Source of the DNA: an uncultured delta proteobacterium
Lineage (GTDB): Bacteria > Desulfobacterota > Desulfobacteria > Desulfobacterales > QNYZ01
DNA: 64,000 bases
Assembly (NCBI GenBank): GCA_963845145.1
Contig: CAWJQU010000004.1
Span: 504,684-568,683, forward strand
Reading direction: 5' to 3'
Shown here one piece after another: positions 21,837 to 32,563 of the stretch; positions within the stretch are counted from its first letter, which is position 1; every line of letters begins with the position of its first letter. A model generated the notes under the pieces. That model was not told the origin of the DNA. It made no database searches and worked only from the letters and a program-made list of their open reading frames with translations. Made by a program: the position numbers and the translations under genes.

Positions 21837-22652
21837 ATGAACGTTCCCAATCCATCCAATGACGTCCATGGCCTTCTAAAGGGGGTCAGCCTTTCCAATT
21901 TCCTTCAATTGATTGAGGTCGGTGGAGACACGTGCCTGCTTGAGGTACGTTGCGACCAAAGTGACGAAATAGGCTTGCTTTACATTAATGAGGGGATGCT
22001 TTTTGATGCAACATGCGGCGCTCTGTCTGATACCGACGCTGCCATCAAGATACTCAAATGGGATCGCGTCGAAATACGGATTCAAGAGTTGCCGGATGAA
22101 AATATGCCCAAAAAGATCGAGAAAAGCCTGGCTGCCCTTATTTTTTTTGTCCAGAGCGAAGATGACGCAACCGGGGGTGTTGATAATTTATTGCAACTCC
22201 AGACAGATAAGGAAGCAAACAGCGGGAAAAATAACCCTGAGGAAAATAAAGGTAATGCAAAACCCATACAGGAGATAATCATGGATGTACAAAAATTAAA
22301 TGAAACAGTTGATATCCTTAAAAAGGATCTTGGAGACGGCTTGCTCGCAACGGATATCTTCGGTGCCGTCGACGGACAATCCGTGGCGGGTTTTAATCCA
22401 CAACCCAAAGCATCAGCGCTGTTTAATAAGTTGACCGACTTTATTAACGACTCATTGGAGGGCAGTGGGTTCCCGCCTTTGGGTAAGTATTATATTGTTG
22501 ATCTGGTGGATGGTAATATGGTTGTGGTTATCCCCATGGGGTCTTATCGTTGGGGAATGTTGGTGAATTCGAATAAAACGCAAATGGGCCTTCTATTAAA
22601 TATTGTTATTCCAAAAATCATCGATGCCTTTGAAGAAGCGATCACAGGCTGA
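21837..22652 (+). CDS. DUF4388 (PatA-N-like) domain protein fused to a C-terminal roadblock/profilin-like domain
   Basis: LKGVSLSNFLQLIE...TCLLEV...GLLYINEGMLFDA...AAIKILKW is DUF4388-like; low-complexity linker; internal GGAG plus ATG at 22281 marks a ~123-aa second domain. Confidence 0.7.
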   Translation: MNVPNPSNDVHGLLKGVSLSNFLQLIEVGGDTCLLEVRCDQSDEIGLLYINEGMLFDATCGALSDTDAAIKILKWDRVEIRIQELPDENMPKKIEKSLAALIFFVQSEDDATGGVDNLLQLQTDKEANSGKNNPEENKGNAKPIQEIIMDVQKLNETVDILKKDLGDGLLATDIFGAVDGQSVAGFNPQPKASALFNKLTDFINDSLEGSGFPPLGKYYIVDLVDGNMVVVIPMGSYRWGMLVNSNKTQMGLLLNIVIPKIIDAFEEAITG

Positions 22653-22665
22653 AGGGTGGTATTAG

Positions 22666-22860
22666 ATGGGTAAAGATCTGGAAAAAATATTTGATATCGT
22701 CGCGCAGAAAGGTGGCTTTAATGCCCGCATGGAATTTGCCTCACGAACCGGGTTATCCAAAAATAAAGTCGCCAAAGCCAAAGATACACCTGAATTAAGA
22801 AAAAAACTTCTGGAAATCGCTGCGGAAGTTCTCGGACAGGAGATCACCGATATCATCTGA
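22666..22860 (+). CDS. Small hypothetical protein (64 aa)
   Basis: ATG start 13 nt after the upstream stop, co-oriented; plausible helical protein. Confidence 0.7.
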   Translation: MGKDLEKIFDIVAQKGGFNARMEFASRTGLSKNKVAKAKDTPELRKKLLEIAAEVLGQEITDII

Positions 22861-22975
22861 TTTCTTCATTCGGGATAACATTGTTTTGCATGTCTCTCCC
22901 GATACATGCGTTTACGATATACGTTGAAAGGCTCGCCCGTGAGTGCCGTAGCCGCCAGCGGTCAAAACCAACCTT

Positions 22976-23023
22976 GGGTTCATGGATATCGGGGTTCATG
23001 GATATCATGATTCATGGATTCCG
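22976..23023. repeat. 16-bp tandem repeat x3
   Basis: GGGTTCATGGATATCG/GGGTTCATGGATATCA/TGATTCATGGATTCCG. Confidence 0.8.
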
Positions 23024-23055
23024 CAGCAATAACAGATAAATATTAGAGGGTACTC

Positions 23056-23445
23056 TTGTCAAACGAATTAAAAAAAGTGCTTGAAAAAATGACCCATGAA
23101 ATGGATGGGCTGATTGCTTCAGCTATTGTATCCATTGAAGACGGTCTGCAGATAGAGCAAGTTAGCAATAAAACGGATATCAACTCCGCGTCCGCGTCCG
23201 CTTATCTTGCGCGCGTGGTACAATCGAATCAAGAAGCGTTGAGATTACTCGGCTGGAATCGGCGACCGGAAGACATCCTCATCACGACGGATGATTGTTA
23301 TTTCATCATTCGCCAGCTTCCGGGTGATACATTTTTTCTTTTCGTTCTAACCACCCGGGATGAGTGGATCGGCCGAACACGTTACTTGATGGCCGAATAT
23401 GCCGGAGAAATAGCGAAAAACCTTGATTTGATTCAAAAAAAATAA
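23056..23445 (+). CDS. Roadblock/LC7 (MglB-like) domain protein
   Basis: DGLIASAIVSIEDGL...EDILITTDDCYFIIRQL...FLFVLT...IGRTR pattern; TTG start after GAGG. Confidence 0.75.
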   Translation: MSNELKKVLEKMTHEMDGLIASAIVSIEDGLQIEQVSNKTDINSASASAYLARVVQSNQEALRLLGWNRRPEDILITTDDCYFIIRQLPGDTFFLFVLTTRDEWIGRTRYLMAEYAGEIAKNLDLIQKK

Positions 23446-23853
23446 TGTAGGCGCTATTGAATTTGGCGATTTATTTTCTTCATATCAGCCCGGCACCGGT
23501 TAGATAGCGTAAAAATAGTACCCAAGCCAGCACAACGCCCTCCCCATAGGCCGACCTCGTCGATATTACTTTCCGAGACCATTATCCCGTTTAAATGGGA
23601 ACATGTATACAATGAAATTATCGCCCACCAAAGTTTATGGCGCCTTACCTGAACCGACGAGGATGTGCCGGTAGTTAAAAAAACAGGATTTTCCAATGTG
23701 AGAAACAAACGATTAATTCCCCTTGAAAACTTTTGGTTTTTTTTGCTAACAAAAAAAATATAGAGGGTGTATATCCCTGTTTATTTAACACTTTTCACAC
23801 TGGACGGATTTGTCCACGAGTAATGAGTGACATGAAGAATTCTATCGGAGAAT

Positions 23854-25089
23854 ATGTTGACCGAACGGGCGTATAAAGTTCAAGCAGATAATGGGAAGGC
23901 TACACTTCGACAGCGGAGAACCCTGTTTATTGCCGTTGCCTGGGGTATCAATGTTCTGGCCTATTCCATCGTATATCCGTTTTTGCCTATTTATCTGCAC
24001 ACGGTCCGGGGTATCCCCATGTCCTCTGTCGGATTGATTTTTCCAATTATGGGGCTCGCCACGATTATCGGGTCTCCGGTCTCCGGGTGGCTGGCTGATC
24101 GGATTGGTCGTAGAAGCTTGATGATTATGGGCCCCCTGGGTAGATGCGGGGCCTTCTTTTTTTTAGCGTGGATGGCGGCGATCAGGGGGCCATTTTGGGG
24201 ATTTGTGTTGGGAATATTTCTGGCCACTCTTTTAGGAAAGTTCTTCCAGTGCGCTTCAAATGCTTATATTACGGATCTATTACCCGACGACGAGAGACTG
24301 GCGGCGTTTAACCGGATCCATGTGGGATCCAATATCGGCTGGATGATCGGGCCGGCCCTTGGTGCATTTCTTTCACGAACCCCCTATTCGCTGATGTTTT
24401 CCATCACGGCAACTTTGTGTCTGGTTACGACCGCCATTGCGTTTTTTTATTGTCCGCGACTACCATTTGGATCCAAGAAAGCAGAATTACTGGATATCGG
24501 TACCGGCATGTTGACCAAGGTGTTGTTCAAAGATACCAGGATGCTGATGGTGACGTTGCTCACGCTCTGCCTTTTTTTTTCCGTTTCGCAGTTTGCTACG
24601 ACCTTGTCTGTATACGCCACAGATGTGGTGGGCATTACCAAAACGTCCCTTGGGTTGTTGTACACCATCAATGGCGCAATGATCATTTTGTTGCTATTGC
24701 CGATCAATACGCGGCTTAAATCGTATAACCTCTTTCTTCGTATCGGCAGCGGCGCATTGTTATATGTCGTGGCCTTTATTGGATTTGGTATCGGGACGAC
24801 TTGGGGCCACCTGGCGCTGGCCATGGTTGTGATGACCCTGGGCGAAATCCTCTCACTCACGGCGATTCTCTCGGCCATCAGCAGTCTTGCACCGACAAAT
24901 ATGGTCGGCCGGTTCATGGGACTTCACAGTTTGGTGGAGGGGTTGGGTTGGGCCTTTGGACCTTTTGTCGGATCCCTTCTATTTGAGCAGTTCCGCTCCC
25001 AGGGACTGTTGTTGTGGGGACTGCTCTCGATCTTTGCATTAATTGCTGGAATGGGTTTTTTTTCAATAGCCAATAGGCGCCAACGTTAG
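23854..25089 (+). CDS. MFS transporter
   Basis: About 12 TM segments; GWLADRIGRR motif A. Confidence 0.92.
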   Translation: MLTERAYKVQADNGKATLRQRRTLFIAVAWGINVLAYSIVYPFLPIYLHTVRGIPMSSVGLIFPIMGLATIIGSPVSGWLADRIGRRSLMIMGPLGRCGAFFFLAWMAAIRGPFWGFVLGIFLATLLGKFFQCASNAYITDLLPDDERLAAFNRIHVGSNIGWMIGPALGAFLSRTPYSLMFSITATLCLVTTAIAFFYCPRLPFGSKKAELLDIGTGMLTKVLFKDTRMLMVTLLTLCLFFSVSQFATTLSVYATDVVGITKTSLGLLYTINGAMIILLLLPINTRLKSYNLFLRIGSGALLYVVAFIGFGIGTTWGHLALAMVVMTLGEILSLTAILSAISSLAPTNMVGRFMGLHSLVEGLGWAFGPFVGSLLFEQFRSQGLLLWGLLSIFALIAGMGFFSIANRRQR

Positions 25090-25098
25090 CGTTTATAA

Positions 25099-26520
25099 TT
25101 ATTGTAACAATGCAATAGTAGCTGCCTGGACAAGCGTCAGCAATATATTGGGATAAAAACCGACAGCCATAATAACGGCGATCAATCCCAAGGCGAGGAT
25201 ATTGGTGGCAGGGCTGATATGAAGATCCGGCAGGGTGTGTTGTGGTTTGTCTAAGTAGGCCGCTTTGAGGACCAGGAGATAGTAGTAAAGTGAAATGACC
25301 ACATTGATCATGGCGATAATGACCAACACGAGATAGCCGCTTTTGATGGCGGCTGTGAATACCAGAAATTTACCGGTAAAACCGATAGTAGGGGGTATTC
25401 CGGCCAGGCCAAATAGAGAAAGCATCAAGGCCAGGGCCAGCACGGGGGCCCGGTGGTGCAGCCCGGCCAGTTCCGAAATTTGCAGGTTTCGGCCATTGCC
25501 GGCGACTTTGATCATGACCGTAAAGCAGGTAATTTTCATGATCAGGACGGCGATCGCGTAGAACAGCACGGCTTTGTAGCCTTCCGGTGTCATGCAAAGG
25601 ATGCCGATCATGATATATCCTGCATGGGCGATACTAGAATAGGCCATCAATCGCTTGAAATCTTTTTGAGCCATCGCAGCCAGGTTCCCAATGGTCATCG
25701 AGGCGATGGCCAGGGCGATAAGGCTTTTAGCCAGTAGATCTCCGTTACCCTGGCTGATGGCGATGATGCGCAGTAACACGGCTACAGCGGCCAGCTTGGA
25801 GACCGTGGCGATGAATGCGGCAACCTGATTGGGAGCCCCCTCATAAGTATCCGGTGCCCATATGTGAAAAGGGAAAAGGGCCAGTTTGAAAAAAAATCCG
25901 GCCATGATCAAAAGAATTCCCGCGGATACGGTTGGCCGATTCATCATTTCAGGAAGTTTGCTCGTTAGTATCTCGATGGATAATGTGCCTACTGAACTAT
26001 AGATCAAAACCATACCGAACAGCATGACCGCAGAAATACTGGCGCCCGTCAGAAAAAAGCGAAGACCGGTAACCATGCCGAGACGAGCCTCTTTGCGCAG
26101 AAAGACAAGGATATACAGGGAGTAGCTAGACAGCTCCAGGGCCAGAAAAATGGCCAGTAGGTGCATCCCCGACACCATCAGCATCATGGCCAGGGTACTG
26201 ACCGTGAGCAAGAGATAAACCTCTCCATGATGCCTGCCATCAACGGCCGTTAGTTCCTTGCACAAAAGGACAACTAGTAAAAACCCGAAAGACAGAAAAA
26301 CTTTAACCACTTGAGAGAATAGATCGATGCGGTACATACCGCTAAAAAGGTTGCCACTCAAACGGGAAGAAATGATCGTTGCTAAAACAACAACGACTGC
26401 CATACCAATGGCCGTAAAAAAATTACGACGCGGATCATTAGGCAGGCAAGATATGACTAAAAACAATGCAATGGTCACAAGGAGTGATAGTTCAGGAACA
26501 AATAGGGCCAAATCGTTCAT
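25099..26520 (-). CDS. nuoN: NADH-quinone oxidoreductase subunit N
   Basis: FLALELSS, FKLALFPFHIWAPDTYEGAP, KRLMAYSSIAHAGY; last gene of the nuo cluster. Confidence 0.93.
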   Translation of the reverse strand: MNDLALFVPELSLLVTIALFLVISCLPNDPRRNFFTAIGMAVVVVLATIISSRLSGNLFSGMYRIDLFSQVVKVFLSFGFLLVVLLCKELTAVDGRHHGEVYLLLTVSTLAMMLMVSGMHLLAIFLALELSSYSLYILVFLRKEARLGMVTGLRFFLTGASISAVMLFGMVLIYSSVGTLSIEILTSKLPEMMNRPTVSAGILLIMAGFFFKLALFPFHIWAPDTYEGAPNQVAAFIATVSKLAAVAVLLRIIAISQGNGDLLAKSLIALAIASMTIGNLAAMAQKDFKRLMAYSSIAHAGYIMIGILCMTPEGYKAVLFYAIAVLIMKITCFTVMIKVAGNGRNLQISELAGLHHRAPVLALALMLSLFGLAGIPPTIGFTGKFLVFTAAIKSGYLVLVIIAMINVVISLYYYLLVLKAAYLDKPQHTLPDLHISPATNILALGLIAVIMAVGFYPNILLTLVQAATIALLQ

Positions 26521-26648
26521 TTAGATATCCTGATTACTTGGCTGACATGGCTACAGTCAACGAGCACTAAAAAGTTGTTTAAATTGGGTGATGGCAAATT
26601 AATCATTTTTAAACACCTGAATTTGCTTGTAGCTATGAATATTAAATA

Positions 26649-28127
26649 TCATTTCATCAGGACAACGGTTGCAGAGTTGATCATATCAAACAACAATCCG
26701 GGAGCTAAACCAAACAATACAATGACACCCACCAAAATAACGCGGGGCAACATGAGGCCCAGTTTAATGTCTGCTAAACCGGCATATTTTTTCAACGGTG
26801 GTCCGTAGCAGGTCTTCTGGACGACCCGCAGCATGAAGAGCGCACCAACAACCAAGGCGCCGATGGCCAGCACACCGCGTACGGGATAGATCTTGACGGC
26901 AGCGAGGAAAACCGCCAACTCACCCCAGAAACTTGCCAGGCAGGGCACACCGATGCCGGTTAACGCTGCGATAATGAAGAAAGTGGCCGCTCTTGGCATG
27001 GTACTGCTCAAGCCGCCAAGTTCGGCAATGTCCTTGGTGTGGGTCTTGTCGTAGATGTGGCCTACCGAAGAAAAAAATAACGCGGTCATGATGCCGTGGG
27101 CGAACATTTGAAAGACGGCTCCATTTAACCCATCGATAGTCATGGTGGATAGGCCCAGTCCCACAATTCCCATGTGGGATACACTGGAGTAGCCAATCAC
27201 ATATTTCAAATCGGTTTGACGCAATCCGACAAAGGCACCGTAAACGATCCCGCAGGTGGCCAATATGGCCATGAGCTGGGACCAGTATTGCCAGCCGACA
27301 GGACATAAAAATATGCCGACACGTAAAATTCCGAACGCACCGATTTTCATCAACACACCGGCATGAATCATGGAAACCGCCGTTGGCGCGGCCACATGGC
27401 CCACCGGTGACCAGGTGTGAAAGGGGAAAACTCCGGCCAGGATGCCGAAGCCGATAAAAAGCATCAGAAAAGATAATTTTTGCTGGTATGGTGAAAGTAT
27501 GGCGGATTCTTTCAGGGCAACCAAGTTAAAGGTCAACGGACTAAGGCCCGAGTGGATAATGATGTAGATGATAGCCGGGAGGATTAATGCACTGCCGGCT
27601 AGTAGATAGAGGGTCAGCTTCATGGCCGCGTATTCTTTTCGAGTGCTGCCCCAAATAGCGATAAGCAGATACATGGGAAACAAGGAGACATCGAACCAGA
27701 CAAACAGAAAGAAGAGATCCAGGCTCATAAACAGGCCAAAAACGCCTGTTACAAGCAGAAAAATAAGGGCGAAGAACTCTTTGACACGAAGCGTAATCTC
27801 CCACATGGTCACCACGGCAGTGAAAAACACGATACCGGTTAAGAGCAGCATGGGGAGGGCGAAGCCGTCCACGGCATTGAAATAGGAGATACCCAAAGAG
27901 GGAATCCAATCAATCTTTTCGGCGAATTGGTAACCACCGGTTACCTTATCATAAGCCGCATAGAGGTAGATGGATATCACCAGAGTCAAGCCGCTGAAAA
28001 CGGCCGAAATCCATTTTATGGCGCGTACATGCTTACCGGGGATAATGAGAATCAACAATAATCCCAGCCCACAGCAAGCAAGCAGGGAGGATAAGAAAGG
28101 ATAGGATGCCGGGTGAACGTTTATCAT
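26649..28127 (-). CDS. nuoM: NADH-quinone oxidoreductase subunit M
   Basis: FPFHTWSPVGHVAAPT, LKYVIGYSSVSHMG, QMFAHG; position between nuoL and nuoN. Confidence 0.9.
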   Translation of the reverse strand: MINVHPASYPFLSSLLACCGLGLLLILIIPGKHVRAIKWISAVFSGLTLVISIYLYAAYDKVTGGYQFAEKIDWIPSLGISYFNAVDGFALPMLLLTGIVFFTAVVTMWEITLRVKEFFALIFLLVTGVFGLFMSLDLFFLFVWFDVSLFPMYLLIAIWGSTRKEYAAMKLTLYLLAGSALILPAIIYIIIHSGLSPLTFNLVALKESAILSPYQQKLSFLMLFIGFGILAGVFPFHTWSPVGHVAAPTAVSMIHAGVLMKIGAFGILRVGIFLCPVGWQYWSQLMAILATCGIVYGAFVGLRQTDLKYVIGYSSVSHMGIVGLGLSTMTIDGLNGAVFQMFAHGIMTALFFSSVGHIYDKTHTKDIAELGGLSSTMPRAATFFIIAALTGIGVPCLASFWGELAVFLAAVKIYPVRGVLAIGALVVGALFMLRVVQKTCYGPPLKKYAGLADIKLGLMLPRVILVGVIVLFGLAPGLLFDMINSATVVLMK

Positions 28128-30043
28128 GGCGCCCCTAATACGAAGTAGAGTGTCAGGATAATGATCACGGCGAACATAACCATCAACCTGTGCTGAATCA
28201 TTCCGGTGTGCAATCGCGCCGCGATCCTGCCCAAAGAAATGGTCGAGATGCCCAACCCGTCGACCACACCATCAATGATTCGCCGGTCATTCCATGCGAA
28301 TAGGCGGGAGATACCGCGATCAACCAACTTGTTCAAAAAATAACGGTAGAGATGATCTATATACCAGCGGTTTGCAAAAAGGGTCGCCAGGGCCGGCAGG
28401 CGCTCTACAAAACCGACCTGTGCCGACTGCCGACGGCCGAATTCCAGCCAGGCCAGGCCGATGGCAACGATGGCCAGCGAACAGGCCCCCGGCGCAAGCC
28501 AGCCATGATGGGCCACGGCTATGGTTCGCTCAGCACCAAGCGCATGAGCGATAAAATTCTCAAGCGGTGTTTGCAGGAACCCGAGTGCAAGGGTAATCAA
28601 AGCCAACACCCACAAAACAACCGACATCGCTTCGGCACCACCATAACCATGTGAATGGGGGCCATGGGGGTCATGGAGCGGATGGCTGTTGGGGGTGGCT
28701 TCTGCCCCCTTGGGAAAAAGTATGATAAAAATAAGTCGAAAGGTATAATACGCGGTTAAAAAAACACCGATTGTTCCGGCAATAAACCAAATTGGGTGAT
28801 TGAGATCGAGCAGGCGGCCTAAAATGACCTCTTTGCTGAAAAACCCGGCGAGCGGCGGCAGTCCAGATAGCGCGCCGCCGGCGATGAATAAACAGATCAT
28901 GGCGGTCTTAAGGGTTCGCCCGCCTTTTTGGCCGATGTAAAACATATCGTTGGTATCGTAGTGGTGGATAAAGACCCCCGCGGTAAGAAAAAGCAGGGCT
29001 TTAAACCCGGCATGGGTCATGAGGTGGAAAAAGCCCCCAAATAAACTGCCGGCTCCCAAACCCATCAACATGTAACCCAATTGACTGATGGTGGAGTAAG
29101 CCCAAACCTGTTTAATATCCCGCGCCACCATGGCCATGGTGGAAGCCAACAGCATACTGATGGTGCCAATCACAAGACAGACGGTCATGGCTGTGGGAGA
29201 GAGGGAAAAAAAACCGAACAGCCGAGAGAAGAGGTAGACACCGGCGGCCACCATGGTGGCAGAGTGCAGCAGGGCACTGACAGGCGTGGGGCCTTCCATG
29301 GCATCCGGCAGCCAGGTGAGAAGGGGGAACTGGGCACTTTTTCCGATGATGCCGCCAAAAATAAGCAGAGCGGTCAGGGTGATCATGCCTGTAGACATAC
29401 GTGTATGCACAACATCGGGGTCGGAGAGTATCTCTATATCCAAGGTGCCCATCTGCTGCCAGATCAATATCAAACCGATTAGAAAAGCGACATCGCCCAT
29501 TCGGGTCATGACAAAGGCTTTTTTACCCGCCTGGCTGGCACTGAATTTCTCAAACCAAAACCCGATGAGAAAATAGGATGCCAACCCAACCAACTCCCAG
29601 AAGATAAACATCTGCAATAAAGAACTAGAGATGGTCAGGGTGAGCATGGCCCAGGCAAACAGGGACATGCAGCCGTAGTAACGGCCGAAGCCGGGATCTC
29701 CAGCCATGTAGCCCATGGAATACAACTGTACGAGAAAACTGATGGTTGCGACAATGAGTAGCATCAACAGGCTGATCGGATCCAAAAGAATCCCCAGCGG
29801 CACCTGCATCTCTCCTAAAACCAACCAGGTTGTTTCAAAAATAACCGGCGCTTTCATCTGCCAATGTTTGGCCAAAAGAGAAACCGAACATACGAGTGAA
29901 AGACCAATAGCACCGATGGATAGAGACGCTGATACTTTCGGGCGCTGTCGACAGGTAAGCAAAATTATGCCAAATGCCAACAAGGGTGCGATGAGAGCTG
30001 TTGTCGCTATATACAGGCTTAGCTGGCTTGGAGCGGCGGTCAT
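28124..30043 (-). CDS. nuoL: NADH-quinone oxidoreductase subunit L
   Basis: FWELVGLASYFLIGFW, GKSAQFPLLTWLPDAMEGPTPVSALLHSATMV. Confidence 0.95.
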   Translation of the reverse strand: MTAAPSQLSLYIATTALIAPLLAFGIILLTCRQRPKVSASLSIGAIGLSLVCSVSLLAKHWQMKAPVIFETTWLVLGEMQVPLGILLDPISLLMLLIVATISFLVQLYSMGYMAGDPGFGRYYGCMSLFAWAMLTLTISSSLLQMFIFWELVGLASYFLIGFWFEKFSASQAGKKAFVMTRMGDVAFLIGLILIWQQMGTLDIEILSDPDVVHTRMSTGMITLTALLIFGGIIGKSAQFPLLTWLPDAMEGPTPVSALLHSATMVAAGVYLFSRLFGFFSLSPTAMTVCLVIGTISMLLASTMAMVARDIKQVWAYSTISQLGYMLMGLGAGSLFGGFFHLMTHAGFKALLFLTAGVFIHHYDTNDMFYIGQKGGRTLKTAMICLFIAGGALSGLPPLAGFFSKEVILGRLLDLNHPIWFIAGTIGVFLTAYYTFRLIFIILFPKGAEATPNSHPLHDPHGPHSHGYGGAEAMSVVLWVLALITLALGFLQTPLENFIAHALGAERTIAVAHHGWLAPGACSLAIVAIGLAWLEFGRRQSAQVGFVERLPALATLFANRWYIDHLYRYFLNKLVDRGISRLFAWNDRRIIDGVVDGLGISTISLGRIAARLHTGMIQHRLMVMFAVIIILTLYFVLGAP

Positions 30044-30094
30044 GATTTTTTGGATGATCCTTTCATGTCAATTCGTGGTGTGAGTATGGTGGCC

Positions 30095-30400
30095 CTATAC
30101 CCATTCATTCATCTTCAAATTCGGATTCACTGAATTCGTCGTTCGATAGACCCAGACAATCGCAACCAAGCCGATCGAGACCTCTGTTGCCGCCACCGCC
30201 AGAATAAACAGGACCAATACTTGTCCTTCGATCTGCTGCCAGTGCAGGGCCGAACCCACAAACGCCACGGCCGTGGCATTTAGCATAACTTCGATTCCCA
30301 GCAACATCATGATCAGATTGCGTCTGGCCAGGGTGCAAAACAGACCCAAGGCAAATAGAAGCGCAGAGAGCACCAACACATGGGTTAATGGAACGATCAT
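30095..30400 (-). CDS. nuoK: NADH-quinone oxidoreductase subunit K
   Basis: RRNLIMMLLGIEVMLNA...VAATEVSIGL. Confidence 0.93.
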   Translation of the reverse strand: MIVPLTHVLVLSALLFALGLFCTLARRNLIMMLLGIEVMLNATAVAFVGSALHWQQIEGQVLVLFILAVAATEVSIGLVAIVWVYRTTNSVNPNLKMNEWV

Positions 30401-30924
30401 GGTGTTTCCTTTTTGATGTCTGGTAGTTTCTTTCTTAATTGACGACCCAGAATAAACGTTCCAATAAGGGCGATGAGGAGCAAAAGGGAGGCAATCTCAA
30501 TGGCCAGCCAGTGCGTCTGGAATAAGTAGAGCCCGAAAGTTTTAGGGGAAGCTTGGGCTGGACTAAGCCCTTCGCCACCGCCCGGGCTTTGGCTAATCAA
30601 CAATCCGCAGACAATCAAAAAGCCAGCGCTGATGGCCATAGCCGGTACCAACTGGCGCTTGGGAAAAAACATGCCGTCAATCTTATCTACTCGGATCATC
30701 ATGATGATAAAAAGAAACAACACCATGATGGCACCGGCATAGATGATGATTTCCAAGGCTGCTAAAAACGGCGCACCCAGAAGATAAAAGAGCATGGCGC
30801 TGCCGAAAAAGGAGAGTACCAGGTACAAAACGGTATGCACCAGGTTTCGTCGGGTCACGGCTAAAGTCGTGGTCGTTATCATCAGCACGGCAATGATATA
30901 GAATAAAATTACGAAAAGGGTCAT
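30397..30924 (-). CDS. nuoJ: NADH-quinone oxidoreductase subunit J
   Basis: [30 protein letters not shown]. Confidence 0.93.
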   Translation of the reverse strand: MTLFVILFYIIAVLMITTTTLAVTRRNLVHTVLYLVLSFFGSAMLFYLLGAPFLAALEIIIYAGAIMVLFLFIIMMIRVDKIDGMFFPKRQLVPAMAISAGFLIVCGLLISQSPGGGEGLSPAQASPKTFGLYLFQTHWLAIEIASLLLLIALIGTFILGRQLRKKLPDIKKETP

Positions 30925-31556
30925 GGCATATTACTCTTCACATTAACCGGTTTAGCTTCATTTTCATGGTCACCCTTGCCGCCTTCGTCGGTCGCGACGC
31001 CCGCGTAGCGGTAAAAATTATAGGTTGGATCTTTACCGCAATTGTCTACCAGGAGGTCTTTCTTTTCAAATACGAGGGCAATGATGTTTCGCTGAATATT
31101 TTCAAAATCCGGTGTGAGTTGAATGGCTGAAGTTGGGCACGCTTCTTCACACAGGCCGCAGTAAATGCACCTTCCAAGATTGATACGAAACCAGCTGGCA
31201 TAGCGGCGGCCGTCGTCGTTCTCGGCGCTTTGCATGGAAATACAACTCACAGGGCAAGCAGCCGAGCAAAGGTAGCAGGCTACGCAGCGCTCTTGGCCGT
31301 CGGGATCGCGGGTCAGAACGATACGTGCCCGGGAACGCTCCGGTAAGGGGCGTTTGTATTCCGGATACTGTTCGGTGATCGGCTTACGGCCCAGATGACG
31401 GATAGTCGTGCCAAACCCTATGATCAGTGCTTTAAGGGCGTCCCAGCCCGAATTGGGAATCGGTCGTAATTTCTTATGGAAATTATTCTGAACCAGTTTA
31501 TGGTCCGGTTTATGATCCAGTTTATAATCTAGGGTATGATCGTTTTTTTGGGTCAT
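30921..31556 (-). CDS. nuoI: NADH-quinone oxidoreductase subunit I
   Basis: Two 4Fe-4S motifs [12 protein letters not shown] and [13 protein letters not shown]-terminal extension made of a 12-bp repeat. Confidence 0.95.
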   Translation of the reverse strand: MTQKNDHTLDYKLDHKPDHKLVQNNFHKKLRPIPNSGWDALKALIIGFGTTIRHLGRKPITEQYPEYKRPLPERSRARIVLTRDPDGQERCVACYLCSAACPVSCISMQSAENDDGRRYASWFRINLGRCIYCGLCEEACPTSAIQLTPDFENIQRNIIALVFEKKDLLVDNCGKDPTYNFYRYAGVATDEGGKGDHENEAKPVNVKSNMP

Positions 31557-31563
31557 GGGTTCT

Positions 31564-32553
31564 TTATCGCATCAGTTGTATAACCGCACCGGTCAATACA
31601 ATGTTGACCAAGGCGGCAGGAATCAGCACCTTCCAGCCTAGCGCCATAAGCTGATCGTATCTCAGTCTTGGCAGTGTACCGCGGATCCAGATCATGATAA
31701 CCGCCACTAAAAATATTTTTAGTATTAACCAAACCAGCGGGGGCAGTAGCGGCCCGTGCCAGCCGCCAAGAAAGAAAACGGCCGTTAACGCGCCCAGCAC
31801 TTGAATATGTACATACTCCCCTAAGAAAAACAGGCCGAAACGCATGCCGCTGTATTCGGTGTGAAACCCTGCCCCCAATTCATTTTCGGCTTCAGGCATG
31901 TCAAAGGGGATGCGTTTGCTCTCGGCCATGGCACTAATGACAAATATTGCAAAGGATATAGGTTGCAGAAAAATATAGGGTCGGCCGGTTTGAGCTTCGA
32001 CAATCTCCGTCAAGCTGAATGAGCCGGTCAGCATCACAATCGGCACAAGGGACAGGCCCAAAGCCAGTTCATAACTGACCATCTGCGCGGCCCCGCGGAT
32101 ACCGCCCAACAAAGCGAATTTGGAGTTTGACGCCCAACCCCCCAGAGCCACGCCATATACGCCCAGGGAAGAAAGCGCGAACACGTACAAAAGACCCACG
32201 TTTAAGTCGGTAATCACCATGGGCACCCGATGGCCAAAGAGGTTGATATCCGGGCCGATGGGAACTACCGCAAACATGAGCATGGCCATAATAGCCACAA
32301 CAGCGGGCGCCAACCGAAAGATCACGGGGTCCGCCTGATCCGGTAATAGATCTTCTTTGGTCAGCAGTTTGATGCCATCGGCAATGGGTTGTAGAAGCCC
32401 AAACGGTCCGACTCGGTTGGGGCCATAGCGGACCTGCAAGCGGGCTAAAAATTTTCGTTCCAACCATACGAGATAACTAGCCGCCAATAGAAGTACGCCA
32501 AGCATGACGACTATTTTTATGATTAAGATAGCGATACCGATTAGATAAAGCAT
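31564..32553 (-). CDS. nuoH: NADH-quinone oxidoreductase subunit H
   Basis: [45 protein letters not shown]. Confidence 0.95.
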   Translation of the reverse strand: MLYLIGIAILIIKIVVMLGVLLLAASYLVWLERKFLARLQVRYGPNRVGPFGLLQPIADGIKLLTKEDLLPDQADPVIFRLAPAVVAIMAMLMFAVVPIGPDINLFGHRVPMVITDLNVGLLYVFALSSLGVYGVALGGWASNSKFALLGGIRGAAQMVSYELALGLSLVPIVMLTGSFSLTEIVEAQTGRPYIFLQPISFAIFVISAMAESKRIPFDMPEAENELGAGFHTEYSGMRFGLFFLGEYVHIQVLGALTAVFFLGGWHGPLLPPLVWLILKIFLVAVIMIWIRGTLPRLRYDQLMALGWKVLIPAALVNIVLTGAVIQLMR

Positions 32554-32563
32554 GGCTTTTCGT

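Noticed and set aside
23454..23708. 84-aa minus-strand ORF or structured RNA (CCTCGTCG...CGACGAGG)
   Set aside because: No motif or RBS support; a single 8-bp inverted match is insufficient
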